Origin: Spirochaetota bacterium
GTDB taxonomy: Bacteria > Spirochaetota > Spirochaetia > CAKZLE01
DNA length: 64,000 nt
Direction of reading: 5' to 3'
NCBI GenBank assembly: GCA_051745285.1
Contig: JBNJDX010000005.1
Coordinates: 303 to 64,302 of the forward strand
Shown here: positions 20,706 through 33,321 of the stretch, piece after piece
Numbering within the stretch: position 1 is the stretch's first letter
How the letters are laid out: each line of letters begins with the position of its first letter
Position numbers and translations under genes: made by a program
The notes under the pieces: generated by a model
What the model was told of the DNA's origin: nothing
Database searches by the model: none
Seen by the model: the letters and a program-made list of their open reading frames with translations, nothing else

Positions 20706-23700
20706 ATGAGAGAAATTCAGGATTTCGATAGTATCATGATAAAACTTGCCTCGCCGGAGCAGATACGTGCCTGGTCCTACGGGGAAGTGAAAAAACCGGA
20801 AACTATCAACTACAGGACGTTGAGGCCTGAAAAAGACGGTCTGTTCTGCGAACGGATTTTCGGAACCACGAAAGAGTGGGAATGCTATTGTGGAAAATTT
20901 AAGTCCATCCGTTACAAAGGGGTCATTTGTGACCGCTGTGGCGTAGAGGTTACTCACTTCAAAGTCCGCCGTGAACGGATGGGACATATTGATCTCGCTT
21001 CTCCGGTCTCCCATATCTGGTATTACCGCTCTGTGCCTTCCCGCATGGGGTTGCTGCTTGATCTGACGATAGCTGCACTGCGTTCGGTGCTCTACTACGA
21101 AAAGTATATCGTCATCAACCCAGGTGATACTGAGCTTAAGGACCAGCAGCTGCTAAGCGAGGATGAGTACTATGAGGCACGCGAACGCTACGGTGAGAAT
21201 TTTACCGCCGGTATCGGTGCTGAAGCCATTCGTTCCTTGCTGGAGAATATTGATCTGGAAGGACTCTCCGGTGAGCTGCGGGCAAAAATGCTGGAGAAGG
21301 GACCGAAAACCGACAAGCGACTGCTCAAGCGCATTGAGGTTGTGGAGAACTTTCGTGATTCGCAAAACCGTCCTGAATGGATGATTTTAAGCGTCATCCC
21401 AGTTATTCCGCCTGAGTTGCGGCCGATGGTACAGCTAGACGGCGGGCGTTTTGCCACTTCAGACCTGAACGACCTCTACCGTCGGGTGATTAACCGAAAC
21501 AACCGGCTCAAGCGGCTGATGTCGCTCAATGCCCCGGATATTATTATCCGTAACGAGAAGCGTATGCTCCAGGAGGCCGTAGATGCGCTCTTTGACAACT
21601 CCAAGAAAAAGAGAGTTGTCAAAGGAGCCTCCAACCGACCGTTGAAGTCTCTCTCTGATATGCTCAAAGGTAAGCAGGGACGGTTCCGGCAGAATCTGCT
21701 CGGAAAGCGTGTTGACTACTCAGGCCGTTCGGTTATTGTTGTCGGTCCGGAACTGAGGTTGCATCAGTGCGGGCTGCCCTCCAAGATGGCCCTGGAACTC
21801 TATAAGCCCTTCATCATGAAACGGCTTGTGCAAAAGGGCGTGGTATATAACATCAAGAAGGCCAAGAGCCTTGTGGAGCAGGAGACGCCTGAGGTCTGGG
21901 CAATCTTAGACGATGTGGTCAGGGAGCATCCGGTGATGCTCAACCGGGCACCGACGCTCCACCGCTTGGGAATTCAGGCATTTGAACCCATACTGGTAGA
22001 AGGAAAGGCCATAAAGCTGCATCCCCTTGTCTGTCATGCCTACAATGCGGACTTTGATGGTGACCAGATGGCTGTGCATGTTCCGCTGACCCAGGCAGCA
22101 CAGATTGAATGCTGGACTCTGATGCTTTCAACAACGAACCTGCTCGACCCGGCAAACGGACATCCGGTTGTGTTCCCCTCCCAGGATATGGTTCTGGGTA
22201 TCAACTACCTTACCAGAATGCGACCAGGAGACACCGGTGAGGGTAAGTTTTATGACAACCTCGATGAGATGCTGATGGCAATTGATATAGGTGCTCTCGG
22301 ATACGGGGCTGACATTACTTACAAGTTGCCCAGTGGAGAGAAAATCAAGACTACTCCGGGGCGGGTCATATTTAACGATGCCATGCCGGACGGAGTCGAA
22401 TTTCAGAATTACTGCTTTGCCGATAAAGAGCTCAGAGCTCTGGTAGGTAAAACGCTGTCGCAGCAGTCCAACTCGGATGCAGTGCTGATGCTCGATGCCA
22501 TCAAGGATATTGGGTACAAGTTTGCCACACTCTTTGGAGCCACCATCGGTGTATCGGATATCATTGTACCTGAGAAAAAGCCCGCCATGATTGACGAGGC
22601 AAACAATCTGGTGCAGGAAATCCAGGAACAGTATCTGCAGGGTCACATTACTCAGGAAGAGCGCTATAACCGTGTGATTGAGGTGTGGAGTAAGACCAAT
22701 GAGGATCTTACCGACGAATTGATGGATCAGCTGAAAGTTCATCAGAAAGGTTTCAACCCTGTATACCTGATGGCCGATTCCGGCGCCCGAGGTAGCCGTA
22801 CGCAGATCAGACAGCTTGGCGGTATGCGAGGACTGATGGCAAAGCCATCCGGTGATATTATTGAGCTGCCTATACGATCAAACTTTAAAGAGGGTCTCTC
22901 AATTATCGAGTTCTTTATCTCGACTAACGGAGCTCGAAAGGGATTAGCAGATACGGCGCTGAAAACCGCCGATGCCGGGTACCTGACCAGACGGCTTGTT
23001 GATATTGCACAGGATGTGGTTATCAACGAGGAAGACTGCGGTACGATCAACGGTATTGAGACGCGAGCCATTAAAGATGGTGAGGATGTCGTCGAAACGC
23101 TTCAGGACAGAATATCCGGACGTTTTACGCTTGAACGAGTGAAACATCCAATCACCGGTGAGATCATTGTTGATGTGAATGAGGAGATTACCGACGAGGT
23201 AGCCGCGCACATTGAGGATTCAGGTATTGAGTCGGTTCGTATTCGTACCGTGCTCACCTGTGAGGCAAAACACGGAGTCTGCCAGAAATGCTACGGCCGG
23301 AACCTGGCTACAAACCAGACGGTCAAAATCGGTGAGGCAGTTGGTATCATCGCAGCTCAGTCAATCGGGCAGCCGGGAACTCAGCTTACCATGCGTACCT
23401 TCCACATCGGTGGGGCGGCCACGAAAACAAGTGAAGAGAGCAAGCTGATACTCGGCTATCCGGTACTTCTTGAGTCAGTGGCAGGGCACACCGTCCGTCA
23501 GAGTGACGGCACTGTTGTGTTTACCAGAAAGGGAATAATCGGGGCATCCAAAGTGCTGCGAACCATTGGTCCTGAAGAGTATGATGAGTTGCTCATCGAG
23601 GACGGGGATAAAGTTGTCAACGGCACCCCGATTGCTAAGAAGAACGGTGAGGAACTCCTCTCTGATGAGATTGCCTATGCCCGCCGGTACAAGGACTCAG

Positions 23701-24944
23701 TTCTCCTGGTCGCTCATCAGCAGCATCTGGACATCCGGACAGGTTCTGAGCTGCATGTTGAACTGGGCAGTGTTGTCGATGCTAACGAACCGATTGTCAC
23801 TTTCGACCCGTTCAGTGAGCCGATCATTGCTGAGCAGGATGGTAGAGTAAAATTTATTGACATCCTGCTGGGCACCACCTTGAAAGAAGAGGTGAATGAA
23901 GAGACCGGTAATATTGAAAAGAAGATTACCGAGTACACTCTGGAGACCCTGCAACCGAGAATCGTGCTGCTAGACGATGATGACAACGAGTTGGCTACCT
24001 ATCATCTGCCGGGATCCTCCTACCTCAGTGTTGAGGACGGGGCCCGCATAAAACAGGGGAAGGTGCTCGCCAAGTTGCTCAAAGAGGGCGTAAAAACCCG
24101 TGATATCACCGGTGGTCTCCCGCGTGTTGGTGAGCTGTTTGAGGCCCGCCGCCCCAAAAATACCGCGGTGCTCTCGAAGCTGGTCGGTACCGTCCGATTC
24201 AGGGACATCATCAAGGGCAAGCGCCTGATAGTTGTTGAGGACGAGTTCGGCAATGAAGCCAAACATTTTATACCGATGGGCAAGCACCTGCTTGTCCGTG
24301 ACGGGGACCCTGTCAAGGCAGGAGAGCCGTTGTGTGACGGTAATATTGATCCGCATGACATCCTGGAAATTCTAGGAGAGAACGCATTGCAGTCCTTCCT
24401 AGTTGATGAAGTCCAGGAGGTCTACCGGCTACAGGGAGTGGACATCAACGACAAGCATATTGGCGTCATTGTCCGCCAGATGATGCGGAAAATCGAGATT
24501 GCGGCTGTGGGGGATACTGGTTTTATCTACGGTCAGCAGGTTGACAAATATCGCTTCAACGAGGAGAATGAGCGGGTTATGCGCGAAGGTGGTCAGCCGG
24601 CTATTGGAAAGCCGCTGCTGCTTGGTATTACACGTGCATCTCTGAGTATTGACTCGTTTATTTCTGCAGCTTCGTTCCAGGAGACAACCAAGGTGTTGAC
24701 AAATGCTGCGATAGCTGGTAGTAGAGATGAGTTGCGGGGTCTGAAGGAAAACGTGATCATTGGTCACCTAATTCCCGCAGGTACCGGTATGAAGCGTTAT
24801 CGGAACATGAGCATTATTGATGACGATGAGGCTGCTCTCAGCTCGACGGTGCAGTCTGTTATGGAGGCTCGAAGGCGATCAGGAGAAGAGCCTGCCAAAG
24901 AACTTGAAGAGTTAATTGAAGAACTGCCCGGAGGTGAGGGATAG
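20706..24944 (+). CDS. rpoC: DNA-directed RNA polymerase subunit beta'
   Basis: 1412 aa. Zn-binding CxCGK..C..C motif and catalytic NADFDGD. Confidence 0.97.
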   Translation: MREIQDFDSIMIKLASPEQIRAWSYGEVKKPETINYRTLRPEKDGLFCERIFGTTKEWECYCGKFKSIRYKGVICDRCGVEVTHFKVRRERMGHIDLASPVSHIWYYRSVPSRMGLLLDLTIAALRSVLYYEKYIVINPGDTELKDQQLLSEDEYYEARERYGENFTAGIGAEAIRSLLENIDLEGLSGELRAKMLEKGPKTDKRLLKRIEVVENFRDSQNRPEWMILSVIPVIPPELRPMVQLDGGRFATSDLNDLYRRVINRNNRLKRLMSLNAPDIIIRNEKRMLQEAVDALFDNSKKKRVVKGASNRPLKSLSDMLKGKQGRFRQNLLGKRVDYSGRSVIVVGPELRLHQCGLPSKMALELYKPFIMKRLVQKGVVYNIKKAKSLVEQETPEVWAILDDVVREHPVMLNRAPTLHRLGIQAFEPILVEGKAIKLHPLVCHAYNADFDGDQMAVHVPLTQAAQIECWTLMLSTTNLLDPANGHPVVFPSQDMVLGINYLTRMRPGDTGEGKFYDNLDEMLMAIDIGALGYGADITYKLPSGEKIKTTPGRVIFNDAMPDGVEFQNYCFADKELRALVGKTLSQQSNSDAVLMLDAIKDIGYKFATLFGATIGVSDIIVPEKKPAMIDEANNLVQEIQEQYLQGHITQEERYNRVIEVWSKTNEDLTDELMDQLKVHQKGFNPVYLMADSGARGSRTQIRQLGGMRGLMAKPSGDIIELPIRSNFKEGLSIIEFFISTNGARKGLADTALKTADAGYLTRRLVDIAQDVVINEEDCGTINGIETRAIKDGEDVVETLQDRISGRFTLERVKHPITGEIIVDVNEEITDEVAAHIEDSGIESVRIRTVLTCEAKHGVCQKCYGRNLATNQTVKIGEAVGIIAAQSIGQPGTQLTMRTFHIGGAATKTSEESKLILGYPVLLESVAGHTVRQSDGTVVFTRKGIIGASKVLRTIGPEEYDELLIEDGDKVVNGTPIAKKNGEELLSDEIAYARRYKDSVLLVAHQQHLDIRTGSELHVELGSVVDANEPIVTFDPFSEPIIAEQDGRVKFIDILLGTTLKEEVNEETGNIEKKITEYTLETLQPRIVLLDDDDNELATYHLPGSSYLSVEDGARIKQGKVLAKLLKEGVKTRDITGGLPRVGELFEARRPKNTAVLSKLVGTVRFRDIIKGKRLIVVEDEFGNEAKHFIPMGKHLLVRDGDPVKAGEPLCDGNIDPHDILEILGENALQSFLVDEVQEVYRLQGVDINDKHIGVIVRQMMRKIEIAAVGDTGFIYGQQVDKYRFNEENERVMREGGQPAIGKPLLLGITRASLSIDSFISAASFQETTKVLTNAAIAGSRDELRGLKENVIIGHLIPAGTGMKRYRNMSIIDDDEAALSSTVQSVMEARRRSGEEPAKELEELIEELPGGEG

Positions 24945-25077
24945 GTTCTGCTGATGCGGAACTTGAAGAGTTGCCCTCCATGCTGACTTTGGGTGATGAC
25001 ATACAGAGTATGCGCTGCTGTTTTGTACGGCAGCGCGGATGCAATGAAAAACTGTGTAAAGGGAGTGTATCGAACGG

Positions 25078-25934
<857 letters not shown>

Positions 25935-25963
25935 AGCGATTAAACAGAAAATGAGCAAGATGG

Positions 25964-25990
25964 ACCACCTTGTTAGGGTGGTTTTATCTT
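25964..25990 (+). terminator. intrinsic terminator after rpsG
   Basis: ACCACC/GGTGGT stem with a 7-nt loop, followed by TTTATCTT. Confidence 0.5.
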
Positions 25991-26027
25991 GCAAGGAAAC
26001 AATTGCTAGTTATTTCCTTATTACGGG

Positions 26028-26056
26028 TTGACTAAAGAAAGAACTTGTCTTATAGT
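26028..26056 (+). promoter_or_regulatory. sigma-70 promoter of tuf and the S10 operon
   Basis: TTGACT (26028-26033), 17-nt spacer, TATAGT (26051-26056). Confidence 0.55.
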
Positions 26057-26062
26057 CAGCGA

Positions 26063-26338
26063 GGCTGGCTTTGCTAAACAGTGCAAGCTGTTGATGTGAT
26101 GCTGTAAGCTTGAACCAAACCCATCGTCCGTATGCTGGACGGTTAGGTGGTTCCAGATGTAAACAGTATACCTGTGCTATGTCGGTTTGGAGAGAAATCT
26201 GCCATTCTGACCTCTGGATCCTTCCTGAACGTATCATTTGGCATAACATACATATACGGACGACGGATCTCGGTTTGAATTGGCAAGGGGAAAACTATTT
26301 TATTTTACTTTTCGTGATTTAGTCACAAGGAGGAACGG
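26063..26338 (+). promoter_or_regulatory. long (about 275 nt) tuf 5' leader with alternative pairings
   Basis: TCGTCCGTAT (26124-26133) can pair locally (CGTCC/GGACG, 26125-26141) or with a perfect 10-nt complement, ATACGGACGA, at 26254-26263. No credible ORF. Confidence 0.35.
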
Positions 26339-27529
26339 ATGGCTAAAGAAAAATTTACCAGGTCAAAACCGCATATCAATGTCGGTACTATCGGTCACGT
26401 AGACCACGGCAAGACTACACTTACGGCAGCTATCACTATGCATTGTGCAAGAAAGCATGGTGATAAGATTATGAATTACGATGATATCGATAATGCACCG
26501 GAAGAGAAGGCAAGAGGTATTACCATTAATACCCGCCATGTCGAGTATCAGTCAGATAATCGTCACTACGCTCACGTGGACTGCCCGGGGCACGCAGACT
26601 ATATCAAGAACATGATTACCGGTGCTGCACAGATGGACGGTTCAATCATTGTAGTAGCTGCTACTGACGGTGCTATGGCACAGACAAAGGAGCACATTCT
26701 GCTCGCACGACAGGTTGGTGTACCTGCTCTGATCGTTTTTATTAACAAAACAGATCAGGTTGACGACCCGGATCTGATCGAGCTGGTTGAAGAGGAGATG
26801 CGGGATCTGCTCAATGAGTATGAGTTCCCCGGTGACGATATTCCCGTTATCAAGGGCTCTGCTTTTGAAGCAATGGAAAATCCCGATGATCCCGAAAAAA
26901 CAAAATGTATCGACGAACTGATCGAGGCTATGGATACCTATTTCCCACTGCCCGAACGTGCTGTCGACAAACCTTTCCTGATGCCTATCGAGGATATTTT
27001 CTCAATCCAGGGTCGTGGTACAGTTGTAACAGGCCGTATTGAGCGCGGTGTAGTCCATGTCAATGACAATCTTGAGATCGTAGGAATTAAAGATACCCGC
27101 AAAACCACCTGTACTGGTGTTGAGATGTTTAACAAGCTGCTTGATGAAGGGCAGGCTGGTGATAATATCGGTGCACTTCTGCGTGGAGTTGATAAGAAGG
27201 AAGTTGTTCGTGGACAGGTTCTTGCAAAACCAGGAACGATTACTCCTCACAAGAAATTCAAAGGTACTATCTACTGTCTGGGCAAGGATGAGGGTGGACG
27301 CCACTCGCCATTTTTCTCCGGGTATCGCCCACAGTTCTATTTTAGAACAACAGACATTACCGGTACTGTAACTCTGCCTGATGATAAGCAGATGGTTATG
27401 CCTGGTGACAACACAGAGATCAATGTTGAGCTGATCTACCCGATTGCTATGGAAAAGGGACTTAAGTTCGCTATCCGTGAAGGTGGTCATACTGTAGCAA
27501 GTGGTCAGGTTACCGAGATTATTGAATAA
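26339..27529 (+). CDS. tuf: elongation factor Tu
   Basis: 396 aa ([22 protein letters not shown]). SD AAGGAGG. Confidence 0.98.
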   Translation: MAKEKFTRSKPHINVGTIGHVDHGKTTLTAAITMHCARKHGDKIMNYDDIDNAPEEKARGITINTRHVEYQSDNRHYAHVDCPGHADYIKNMITGAAQMDGSIIVVAATDGAMAQTKEHILLARQVGVPALIVFINKTDQVDDPDLIELVEEEMRDLLNEYEFPGDDIPVIKGSAFEAMENPDDPEKTKCIDELIEAMDTYFPLPERAVDKPFLMPIEDIFSIQGRGTVVTGRIERGVVHVNDNLEIVGIKDTRKTTCTGVEMFNKLLDEGQAGDNIGALLRGVDKKEVVRGQVLAKPGTITPHKKFKGTIYCLGKDEGGRHSPFFSGYRPQFYFRTTDITGTVTLPDDKQMVMPGDNTEINVELIYPIAMEKGLKFAIREGGHTVASGQVTEIIE

Positions 27530-27551
27530 GGATACTTAAACAGTCTCTCCT

Positions 27552-27576
27552 CCCTCCCTGCCGCAGGTTGGGAGGG
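27552..27576 (+). promoter_or_regulatory. CCCTCCC/GGGAGGG hairpin in the tuf-rpsJ spacer
   Basis: 7-bp G/C stem with an 11-nt loop. The C-rich arm resembles an anti-SD and the G-rich arm mimics the rpsJ SD (GGAGG 27593-27597). Confidence 0.4.
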
Positions 27577-27601
27577 GCGGGACTTTCTGTGTGGAGGAAC
27601 A

Positions 27602-27910
27602 ATGACCAAAGAAAGAATTCGAGTACGGTTGAGAGGATTTGATATTGAGCTTGTCGAGCAGAGCTCGAAGGCAATCGTTCAGACAGTTGTTAATGCGGGG
27701 GCGAAAGTCTCCGGACCTGTGCCTCTGCCTACTCGTATCAATAAATTCACGGTGCTCAGATCACCTCATGTGAATAAGAAGGCTCGTGAACAGTTCGAGA
27801 TGAGAACTCATAAGAGGCTGATCGATATACTCGATCCTACATCAAAAGTAATGGATGCCCTAATGAAGCTTGAGCTTCCTGCCGGTGTGGATGTAGAGAT
27901 TAAACAGTAA
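27602..27910 (+). CDS. rpsJ: 30S ribosomal protein S10
   Basis: 102 aa (IRVRLRGFD ... [15 protein letters not shown]). Confidence 0.97.
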   Translation: MTKERIRVRLRGFDIELVEQSSKAIVQTVVNAGAKVSGPVPLPTRINKFTVLRSPHVNKKAREQFEMRTHKRLIDILDPTSKVMDALMKLELPAGVDVEIKQ

Positions 27911-27929
27911 TAAACAGTTGAGGTACGAG

Positions 27930-28550
27930 ATGTTAGGGCTTATCGGCAAAAAGGTCGGAATGACACAAGTGTTTGATGATAGAGGGGTTCTTACCCCTGT
28001 TACTGTCATCAAAGTAGAAGATAACGTTGTTGTATCGGAGAAAACCGTCGAGAAAAGCGGATACAGTGCTTGTGTTATAGGCGCTGTTGATGCAAAGAAG
28101 AACCGTGTAACCAAGCCGTATGCTGGACAGTTCAAAGATGTCTGTGAGCCGAAGAGAAATCTGGTAGAAATGAGAGATTTTGAAAAAGAGGTCTCTACCG
28201 GTGATGTCTTGGGTCTCGACATCTTTCAAGATATAGCATTTGTAGATGTGGAAGGAACTTCAAAAGGTAAGGGCTTTCAGGGAGTTATGAAACGACATAA
28301 TTTCACTGGTGGTTCGGCGACCCACGGTTCCAAGTTTCACAGAGGTTTAGGCGGCACGGGAATGGCTGCAACTCCCTCCAGAGTTTACAAGGGTACGAAG
28401 ATGCCCGGACGGATGGGAAATGAAAAGACGACGGTACAGAATCTTCGAGTAGTGAAAATTGATGCGGAGAAAAAAGTCCTTATGGTGAAAGGTGCGATTC
28501 CCGGTCCACGTCAAAGCGTCGTGATTGTAAAGAAATCAAAGAAGAGGTAG
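27930..28550 (+). CDS. rplC: 50S ribosomal protein L3
   Basis: Canonical N-terminus MLGLIGKKVGMTQVF from ATG 27930, after GAGG. The track ORF starts at TTG 27918. Confidence 0.95.
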   Translation: MLGLIGKKVGMTQVFDDRGVLTPVTVIKVEDNVVVSEKTVEKSGYSACVIGAVDAKKNRVTKPYAGQFKDVCEPKRNLVEMRDFEKEVSTGDVLGLDIFQDIAFVDVEGTSKGKGFQGVMKRHNFTGGSATHGSKFHRGLGGTGMAATPSRVYKGTKMPGRMGNEKTTVQNLRVVKIDAEKKVLMVKGAIPGPRQSVVIVKKSKKR

Positions 28551-28559
28551 AGGCGAGAC

Positions 28560-29189
28560 ATGAAAGCGAAAGTCTTTTCGATACAAGGCGAAGAGATCAG
28601 GGACATCACTCTGAAGGACGACGTGTTCGGCATTGAGACGAGTGACGGAGCGATCTACTACGCTGTGAACAACGAATTAGCAAACCGCAGAGTCGGAACT
28701 GCCAGCACCAAAACGCGCGGCGAGGTGAACTACGGGAATGCGAAGCCATGGAGACAGAAAGGTACGGGTAATGCGCGTGCCGGTGACCGAAAGTCGCCTG
28801 TCTGGGTCGGAGGCGGTACGGTATTCGGCCCCAGACCAAGAGATTACGGGTATAAGATGCCCAAGAAGATGAAACGGCTGGCCATGAAATCTCTCCTGTC
28901 AATGAAGATGAAAGAGGAGAGCTTGAAAGTTGTTGAGGATTTTACCGTTGAAAGTGGTAAGACTCGAGATCTTGCTGGCATATTGAGCAATTTGGTAGAT
29001 GGCGGAAAACGGACTCTGCTTATTGTACGCGACGAAGATGCCATGATCCGCAGAGCAGGCAGAAATATCCCCTGGCTGAAGATACACTCGTATAACAGGC
29101 TCTCAGCTCATGAGCTTCTCTATGGAAGAGATGTGCTGGTCTTAGAGAGTGCAGCCGGGAATCTGAACGAATTCTACGGAACTACATAA
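28560..29189 (+). CDS. rplD: 50S ribosomal protein L4
   Basis: 209 aa ([14 protein letters not shown]). S10-operon order. Confidence 0.95.
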   Translation: MKAKVFSIQGEEIRDITLKDDVFGIETSDGAIYYAVNNELANRRVGTASTKTRGEVNYGNAKPWRQKGTGNARAGDRKSPVWVGGGTVFGPRPRDYGYKMPKKMKRLAMKSLLSMKMKEESLKVVEDFTVESGKTRDLAGILSNLVDGGKRTLLIVRDEDAMIRRAGRNIPWLKIHSYNRLSAHELLYGRDVLVLESAAGNLNEFYGTT

Positions 29190-29199
29190 GGGGTCACAA

Positions 29200-29502
29200 G
29201 TGAGAGCAGATCAGATCATTATAGCACCTGTTTTGACCGAGAAGACGAATGAGCTTCGGGAGTCAGAACAGAAAAAGTATACGTTTCGCGTAAACAAGCG
29301 TGCAAACAAGAAGCAGGTTATGAGAGCTGTTGAGGAGTTGTTTTCCGTTCGGGCTCTCACATGCAATATTGTCAATGTGAAAGGTAAGCCGAAGTTTACC
29401 AGAACACGCTCCGGTGCACGAGCGGGAACTACGGCTCCCTGGAAAAAAGCAATCGTCACTGTAGCCAAGGGCGATTCAATCAACGCCATAGAAGGCGTGT
29501 AG
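29200..29502 (+). CDS. rplW: 50S ribosomal protein L23
   Basis: 100 aa, GTG start. [10 protein letters not shown] and WKKAIVT motifs. Confidence 0.93.
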   Translation: MRADQIIIAPVLTEKTNELRESEQKKYTFRVNKRANKKQVMRAVEELFSVRALTCNIVNVKGKPKFTRTRSGARAGTTAPWKKAIVTVAKGDSINAIEGV

Positions 29503-29515
29503 GAGAAGGGGTATT

Positions 29516-30340
29516 ATGGGTATAAAGACGTATAATCCGAGAACCCCGAGTCTTCGTTACAAGACTACACTGACGTTTGAGGAGATAAGCTCCAAAGAGG
29601 GCGAGAAATCACTCCTCAAGGGGACAGGCAAACATGCCGGGCGCGGCGCAGGTGGCCGTATCAGTGTTCGAAGACGCGGTGGCGGACATAAGAGAAAATA
29701 TCGGGCGATTGATTTTAAGCGAAACAAGCTTGATATTCCTGCAAAAATTGTAAGTATTGAGTACGATCCGAACAGATCAGCAAATATTGCGCTGGTTGCC
29801 TATTCAGATGGTGAGAAGCGCTATATTCTAGCTCCTAAAGGGACTAAGATTGGTGATCAAATCATCAGTGGTGAACGTGTACCGCTGACGATCGGAAATG
29901 CGCTTCCGTTAAAAAACATTCCGCTTGGTATGCAGGTTCACAATGTTGAAATGCAGCGGGGTAAGGGCGGACAGCTTGTCCGTACAGCCGGAGCCGTAGC
30001 AACTGTTGTGGCAAAAGAGGGTGATTTCGTAACCCTTAAGCTACCTTCTGGCGAAATGAGGATGATCTTCGGCGGCTGCTATGCAACCATAGGCAGTATC
30101 GGCAACGAGGATCATATGAACGTAAGTCTCGGTAAAGCAGGCAGGTCTCGATGGATGGGTAAGCGACCGAAAGTTCGTGGTGTTGTCATGAACCCGGTAG
30201 ATCACCCCCACGGTGGTGGTGAAGGAAGAACTTCCGGCGGACGTCATCCAGTTTCTCCCTGGGGTACACCCACGAAAGGGTATAAGACCCGGAGAAAGAG
30301 TAAGACTTCAAGCAAGTTTATCGTGAAGAAACGGAAGTAG
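29516..30340 (+). CDS. rplB: 50S ribosomal protein L2
   Basis: 274 aa ([20 protein letters not shown]). Confidence 0.97.
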   Translation: MGIKTYNPRTPSLRYKTTLTFEEISSKEGEKSLLKGTGKHAGRGAGGRISVRRRGGGHKRKYRAIDFKRNKLDIPAKIVSIEYDPNRSANIALVAYSDGEKRYILAPKGTKIGDQIISGERVPLTIGNALPLKNIPLGMQVHNVEMQRGKGGQLVRTAGAVATVVAKEGDFVTLKLPSGEMRMIFGGCYATIGSIGNEDHMNVSLGKAGRSRWMGKRPKVRGVVMNPVDHPHGGGEGRTSGGRHPVSPWGTPTKGYKTRRKSKTSSKFIVKKRK

Positions 30341-30349
30341 GAGTAGAAA

Positions 30350-30631
30350 GTGGCTAGGTCAATCAAAAAAGGTCCTTTTATTGAGAAGAGTCTTTATAAG
30401 AGGGTTTTAGAGGCAAACAAGGCGGGACAGAAACCAATGGTGAAAACATACTCCCGCACTTCAACGATCATACCCGAAATGGTTGGTTTTACCATTTCAG
30501 TCTACAATGGAAAGACCTGGGTTCCGGTGTACATTACTGAGAACCTGGTTGGGCATAAGCTCGGCGAGTTTTCGCCCACTCGATTCTATCGTGGCCATGC
30601 AGGGTCTGATAAGAAAACAAAGAAGAGATAG
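30350..30631 (+). CDS. rpsS: 30S ribosomal protein S19
   Basis: 93 aa, GTG start ((M)ARSIKKGPF ... GHKLGEF). Confidence 0.96.
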   Translation: MARSIKKGPFIEKSLYKRVLEANKAGQKPMVKTYSRTSTIIPEMVGFTISVYNGKTWVPVYITENLVGHKLGEFSPTRFYRGHAGSDKKTKKR

Positions 30632-30639
30632 GTGTCGTG

Positions 30640-31005
30640 ATGATGGAAGCAAAGAAAGGTTATAAAGCAATCGCAAAATATGTGATGGTTTCTCCTACAA
30701 AAGTACGCCCTATCGCGAATATTGTGCGGAAGAAACCGTACACCGAGGCTTTAGCTCTGCTTGAGGCCATGCCCCAGAAGGGTGCCGGTCTTATTAGAAA
30801 AGTGGTCCAGTCGGCTGCGGCAAATGCACTTTCGCAGAATAAGCAGCTTGATGAAGAGATGCTGTACATACGAGAGATTTGTATTAATGAAGGACCTCGT
30901 CTCAAGCGTGTGTGGCCGCGATCACATGGAAGAAGAGATATCCTGTTGAAGCGAGAAAGCCATATATCGGTGGTTCTTGATGAAATTGCGAGCATGGGGG
31001 AGTAG
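30640..31005 (+). CDS. rplV: 50S ribosomal protein L22
   Basis: MMEAKKGYKAIAKYVMVSPTKVRPI. ATG 30640 follows GGTG at good spacing. GTG 30637 and ATG 30643 are alternatives. Confidence 0.93.
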   Translation: MMEAKKGYKAIAKYVMVSPTKVRPIANIVRKKPYTEALALLEAMPQKGAGLIRKVVQSAAANALSQNKQLDEEMLYIREICINEGPRLKRVWPRSHGRRDILLKRESHISVVLDEIASMGE

Positions 31006-31710
31006 ATGGGTCAAAAGGTAAATCCAATAGGGCTCCGACTTGGAGTCAATAAAACATGGAAGTCAAAGTGGTATGTGGACCCGAAAGAGTATGCAGACAC
31101 GCTGCATGAGGATCTTCGCATTCGGAATGTGCTTGACAGCTGTCCTGAGACCAATGGAGCTGATATTTCTGATATTGAAATCATCAGAAAGCCCCAGAGG
31201 ATCACAGTGGTCATCAAGACTTCCCGCCCCGGTATTATTATCGGAGCCAAGGGGTCGAATGTGGAAAAACTCGGCCAGAGACTACAGAAACAGGCCGACA
31301 AAAAGATCCAGATCAAGATCAAGGAAGTTAAGCGTCCTGAAGCTGATGCCCAACTGATTGCACTCAATGTTGCCAAACAGTTGCAGTCACGAGCTTCATT
31401 CCGCCGTGCACTCAAGATGGCAGTGAGCAATGCAAGCAAGGCCGGTGTTCAGGGTGTTAAGATTAAAGTTGCCGGTCGTCTTGGCGGTGCTGAGATGGCA
31501 CGTACCGAGTGGCATAAGGAAGGTCGTGTTCCTCTGCATACACTCCGTTCTGATATAGATTATGGTTTTGCTGAGGCAAAGACGACATTCGGCACGATCG
31601 GTGTCAAAGTTTGGGTCTTCAACGGAGAGATCTACGAAAAAACTCAGAAAGAGGATGCCGGTTTGCTGGTTAAGAAATCCAGAGATCGAAAACCTGCAGC
31701 AAGGAGATAG
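31006..31710 (+). CDS. rpsC: 30S ribosomal protein S3
   Basis: 234 aa ([13 protein letters not shown]). KH domain. Confidence 0.97.
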   Translation: MGQKVNPIGLRLGVNKTWKSKWYVDPKEYADTLHEDLRIRNVLDSCPETNGADISDIEIIRKPQRITVVIKTSRPGIIIGAKGSNVEKLGQRLQKQADKKIQIKIKEVKRPEADAQLIALNVAKQLQSRASFRRALKMAVSNASKAGVQGVKIKVAGRLGGAEMARTEWHKEGRVPLHTLRSDIDYGFAEAKTTFGTIGVKVWVFNGEIYEKTQKEDAGLLVKKSRDRKPAARR

Positions 31711-31716
31711 TTAGTC

Positions 31717-32133
31717 ATGCTTAGTCCTAAACGAGTTAAGTATAGAAAGAAAATGCGAGGCAAGCTTGACGGCGTCGCTCACCGAGGGAATAAGATTGCC
31801 TACGGTGATTATGGTCTGGCAGCTCTGGAACCGCGCTGGATTTCAAACCGTCAAATTGAGGCAGCTCGTATTGCCATGACGCGTCATATTAAGCGAGGCG
31901 GTAAGGTATGGATACGGATTTTCCCGGATATGCCGTACACGAAAAAGCCTGCTGAGACGCGGCAAGGAAAAGGAAAAGGCAGTCCGGAAGGCTGGGTTGC
32001 AGTCGTGAAAAAAGGTGCAATCATGTTTGAAATGGGTGGTGTGCCTGAGGAGCTTGCTCGAGAGGCGTTGGCTCTTGCTTCAAGCAAGTTACCCATCAGA
32101 ACGAAGTTTGTGGCCAGACGGGATATGGAGTAG
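31717..32133 (+). CDS. rplP: 50S ribosomal protein L16
   Basis: 138 aa ([11 protein letters not shown] ... RQGKGKG). Confidence 0.97.
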   Translation: MLSPKRVKYRKKMRGKLDGVAHRGNKIAYGDYGLAALEPRWISNRQIEAARIAMTRHIKRGGKVWIRIFPDMPYTKKPAETRQGKGKGSPEGWVAVVKKGAIMFEMGGVPEELAREALALASSKLPIRTKFVARRDME

Positions 32134-32137
32134 CAGT

Positions 32138-32344
32138 ATGAGAAACTCATTTAAAGATCTGACCTATTCAGAGTTGGTAGAGAAGAGAGATAGTCTCCAG
32201 AAGGAGTTTATGGATCTTCGTATGGATAAAGTGCTGGGGCATATAGAGAATCCTTTACGATTGAGAACAGTCCGAAGAGATCTCGCTCGAGTTAATACCA
32301 TTATACATGAGTATGCTTTGGGCATACGAGAAAAAACTAAGTAA
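32138..32344 (+). CDS. rpmC: 50S ribosomal protein L29
   Basis: 68 aa from ATG 32138 ([20 protein letters not shown]). The track ORF extension overlaps rplP. Confidence 0.9.
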   Translation: MRNSFKDLTYSELVEKRDSLQKEFMDLRMDKVLGHIENPLRLRTVRRDLARVNTIIHEYALGIREKTK

Positions 32345-32360
32345 GAGAGGCCTGTGTTCT

Positions 32361-32612
32361 ATGAAGGCAAATAAAAAGACATTTACAGGACAGGTTGTCA
32401 GCGACAAGATGGATAAAACCGTTGTTGTTGCCGTAACAACGCGAAGGCTGCATCCTCTGTACAAGAAATATGTGAAGCAGACTAAAAAATTGAAAGCACA
32501 TGATGAGGGGAACGATGCACATACTGGCGATACCGTCCGAGTAATTGAATGCCGACCTCTCAGCAGAGAGAAATGCTGGAGACTGACCCAGATTGTCGAG
32601 CGTGCTAAGTAA
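32361..32612 (+). CDS. rpsQ: 30S ribosomal protein S17
   Basis: 83 aa from ATG 32361 ([23 protein letters not shown]). Confidence 0.92.
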   Translation: MKANKKTFTGQVVSDKMDKTVVVAVTTRRLHPLYKKYVKQTKKLKAHDEGNDAHTGDTVRVIECRPLSREKCWRLTQIVERAK

Positions 32613-32631
32613 GTCGTAAAGGAGTTGCGTT

Positions 32632-33000
32632 ATGGTTCAAATGCAGACGTATTTAAACGTTGCTGACAATAGCGGTGCAAAACGCGTTCAGTGTATCAAG
32701 GTGCTCGGCGGCAGTAAGCGAATGACGGCGGGTATCGGAGATATCATTGTTGTGGCTGTCAAAGACGCACTTCCCAACGGCCAGATGAAAAGGGGAGACG
32801 TGCAGAAAGCTGTTATAGTCAGAGTGAAGAAGGAGTATCGCCGAAAGGACGGTACCTATATCAGGTTCGATGATAATGCATGTGTTATTATCGATCCCAA
32901 CAATAACCCGCGCGGTAAGCGTATTTTCGGTCCGGTTGCTCGAGAACTTCGAGACGGTGGATTTATGAAGATCGTTTCTCTTGCGCCGGAAGTGTTGTAG
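32632..33000 (+). CDS. rplN: 50S ribosomal protein L14
   Basis: 122 aa ([17 protein letters not shown]). Confidence 0.97.
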   Translation: MVQMQTYLNVADNSGAKRVQCIKVLGGSKRMTAGIGDIIVVAVKDALPNGQMKRGDVQKAVIVRVKKEYRRKDGTYIRFDDNACVIIDPNNNPRGKRIFGPVARELRDGGFMKIVSLAPEVL

Positions 33001-33009
33001 GAGATGAGG

Positions 33010-33321
33010 ATGGAAACGACAAAAATCAAGAAGAACGATACTGTCAAAGTCCTTACAGGTAAAGATAAGGGCAAGACTGGTAAGGTCTTGAAGGTTGACC
33101 GCGAACAAGGCCGGGTAGTTGTACAGGGTCTTAATATGGTAAAAAAGGCCATGCGAAAGCGTACTCAACAGGATAAGGGTGGAATCATTGAGATCGAAGC
33201 ACCTTTGCACATTTCCAATGTTGCGATCGTGACAAAAGATGGTTCGACTTCAAGGATTGGCTACAAATTCGAAAACGGTAAGAAAGTTCGTTATGCTAAA
33301 AAGACTGGGGAAGTGCTTTAA
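33010..33321 (+). CDS. rplX: 50S ribosomal protein L24
   Basis: [24 protein letters not shown] (KOW motif). ATG 33010 has better SD spacing than ATG 33004. Confidence 0.92.
   Translation: METTKIKKNDTVKVLTGKDKGKTGKVLKVDREQGRVVVQGLNMVKKAMRKRTQQDKGGIIEIEAPLHISNVAIVTKDGSTSRIGYKFENGKKVRYAKKTGEVL

Noticed and set aside
17211-24767. Many 60-270-aa ORFs antisense to or out of frame within rpoB and rpoC. The same pattern occurs within clpB, glgP, the exporter gene, dnaK and ptsI.
   Set aside because: These are shadow ORFs in long, highly conserved genes. They show no independent start signals or recognisable motifs.
26110-26322. 70-aa ORF in the tuf leader
   Set aside because: Non-ATG start, no SD and an implausible Cys/Trp/His-rich sequence. 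The region is better explained as untranslated leader.
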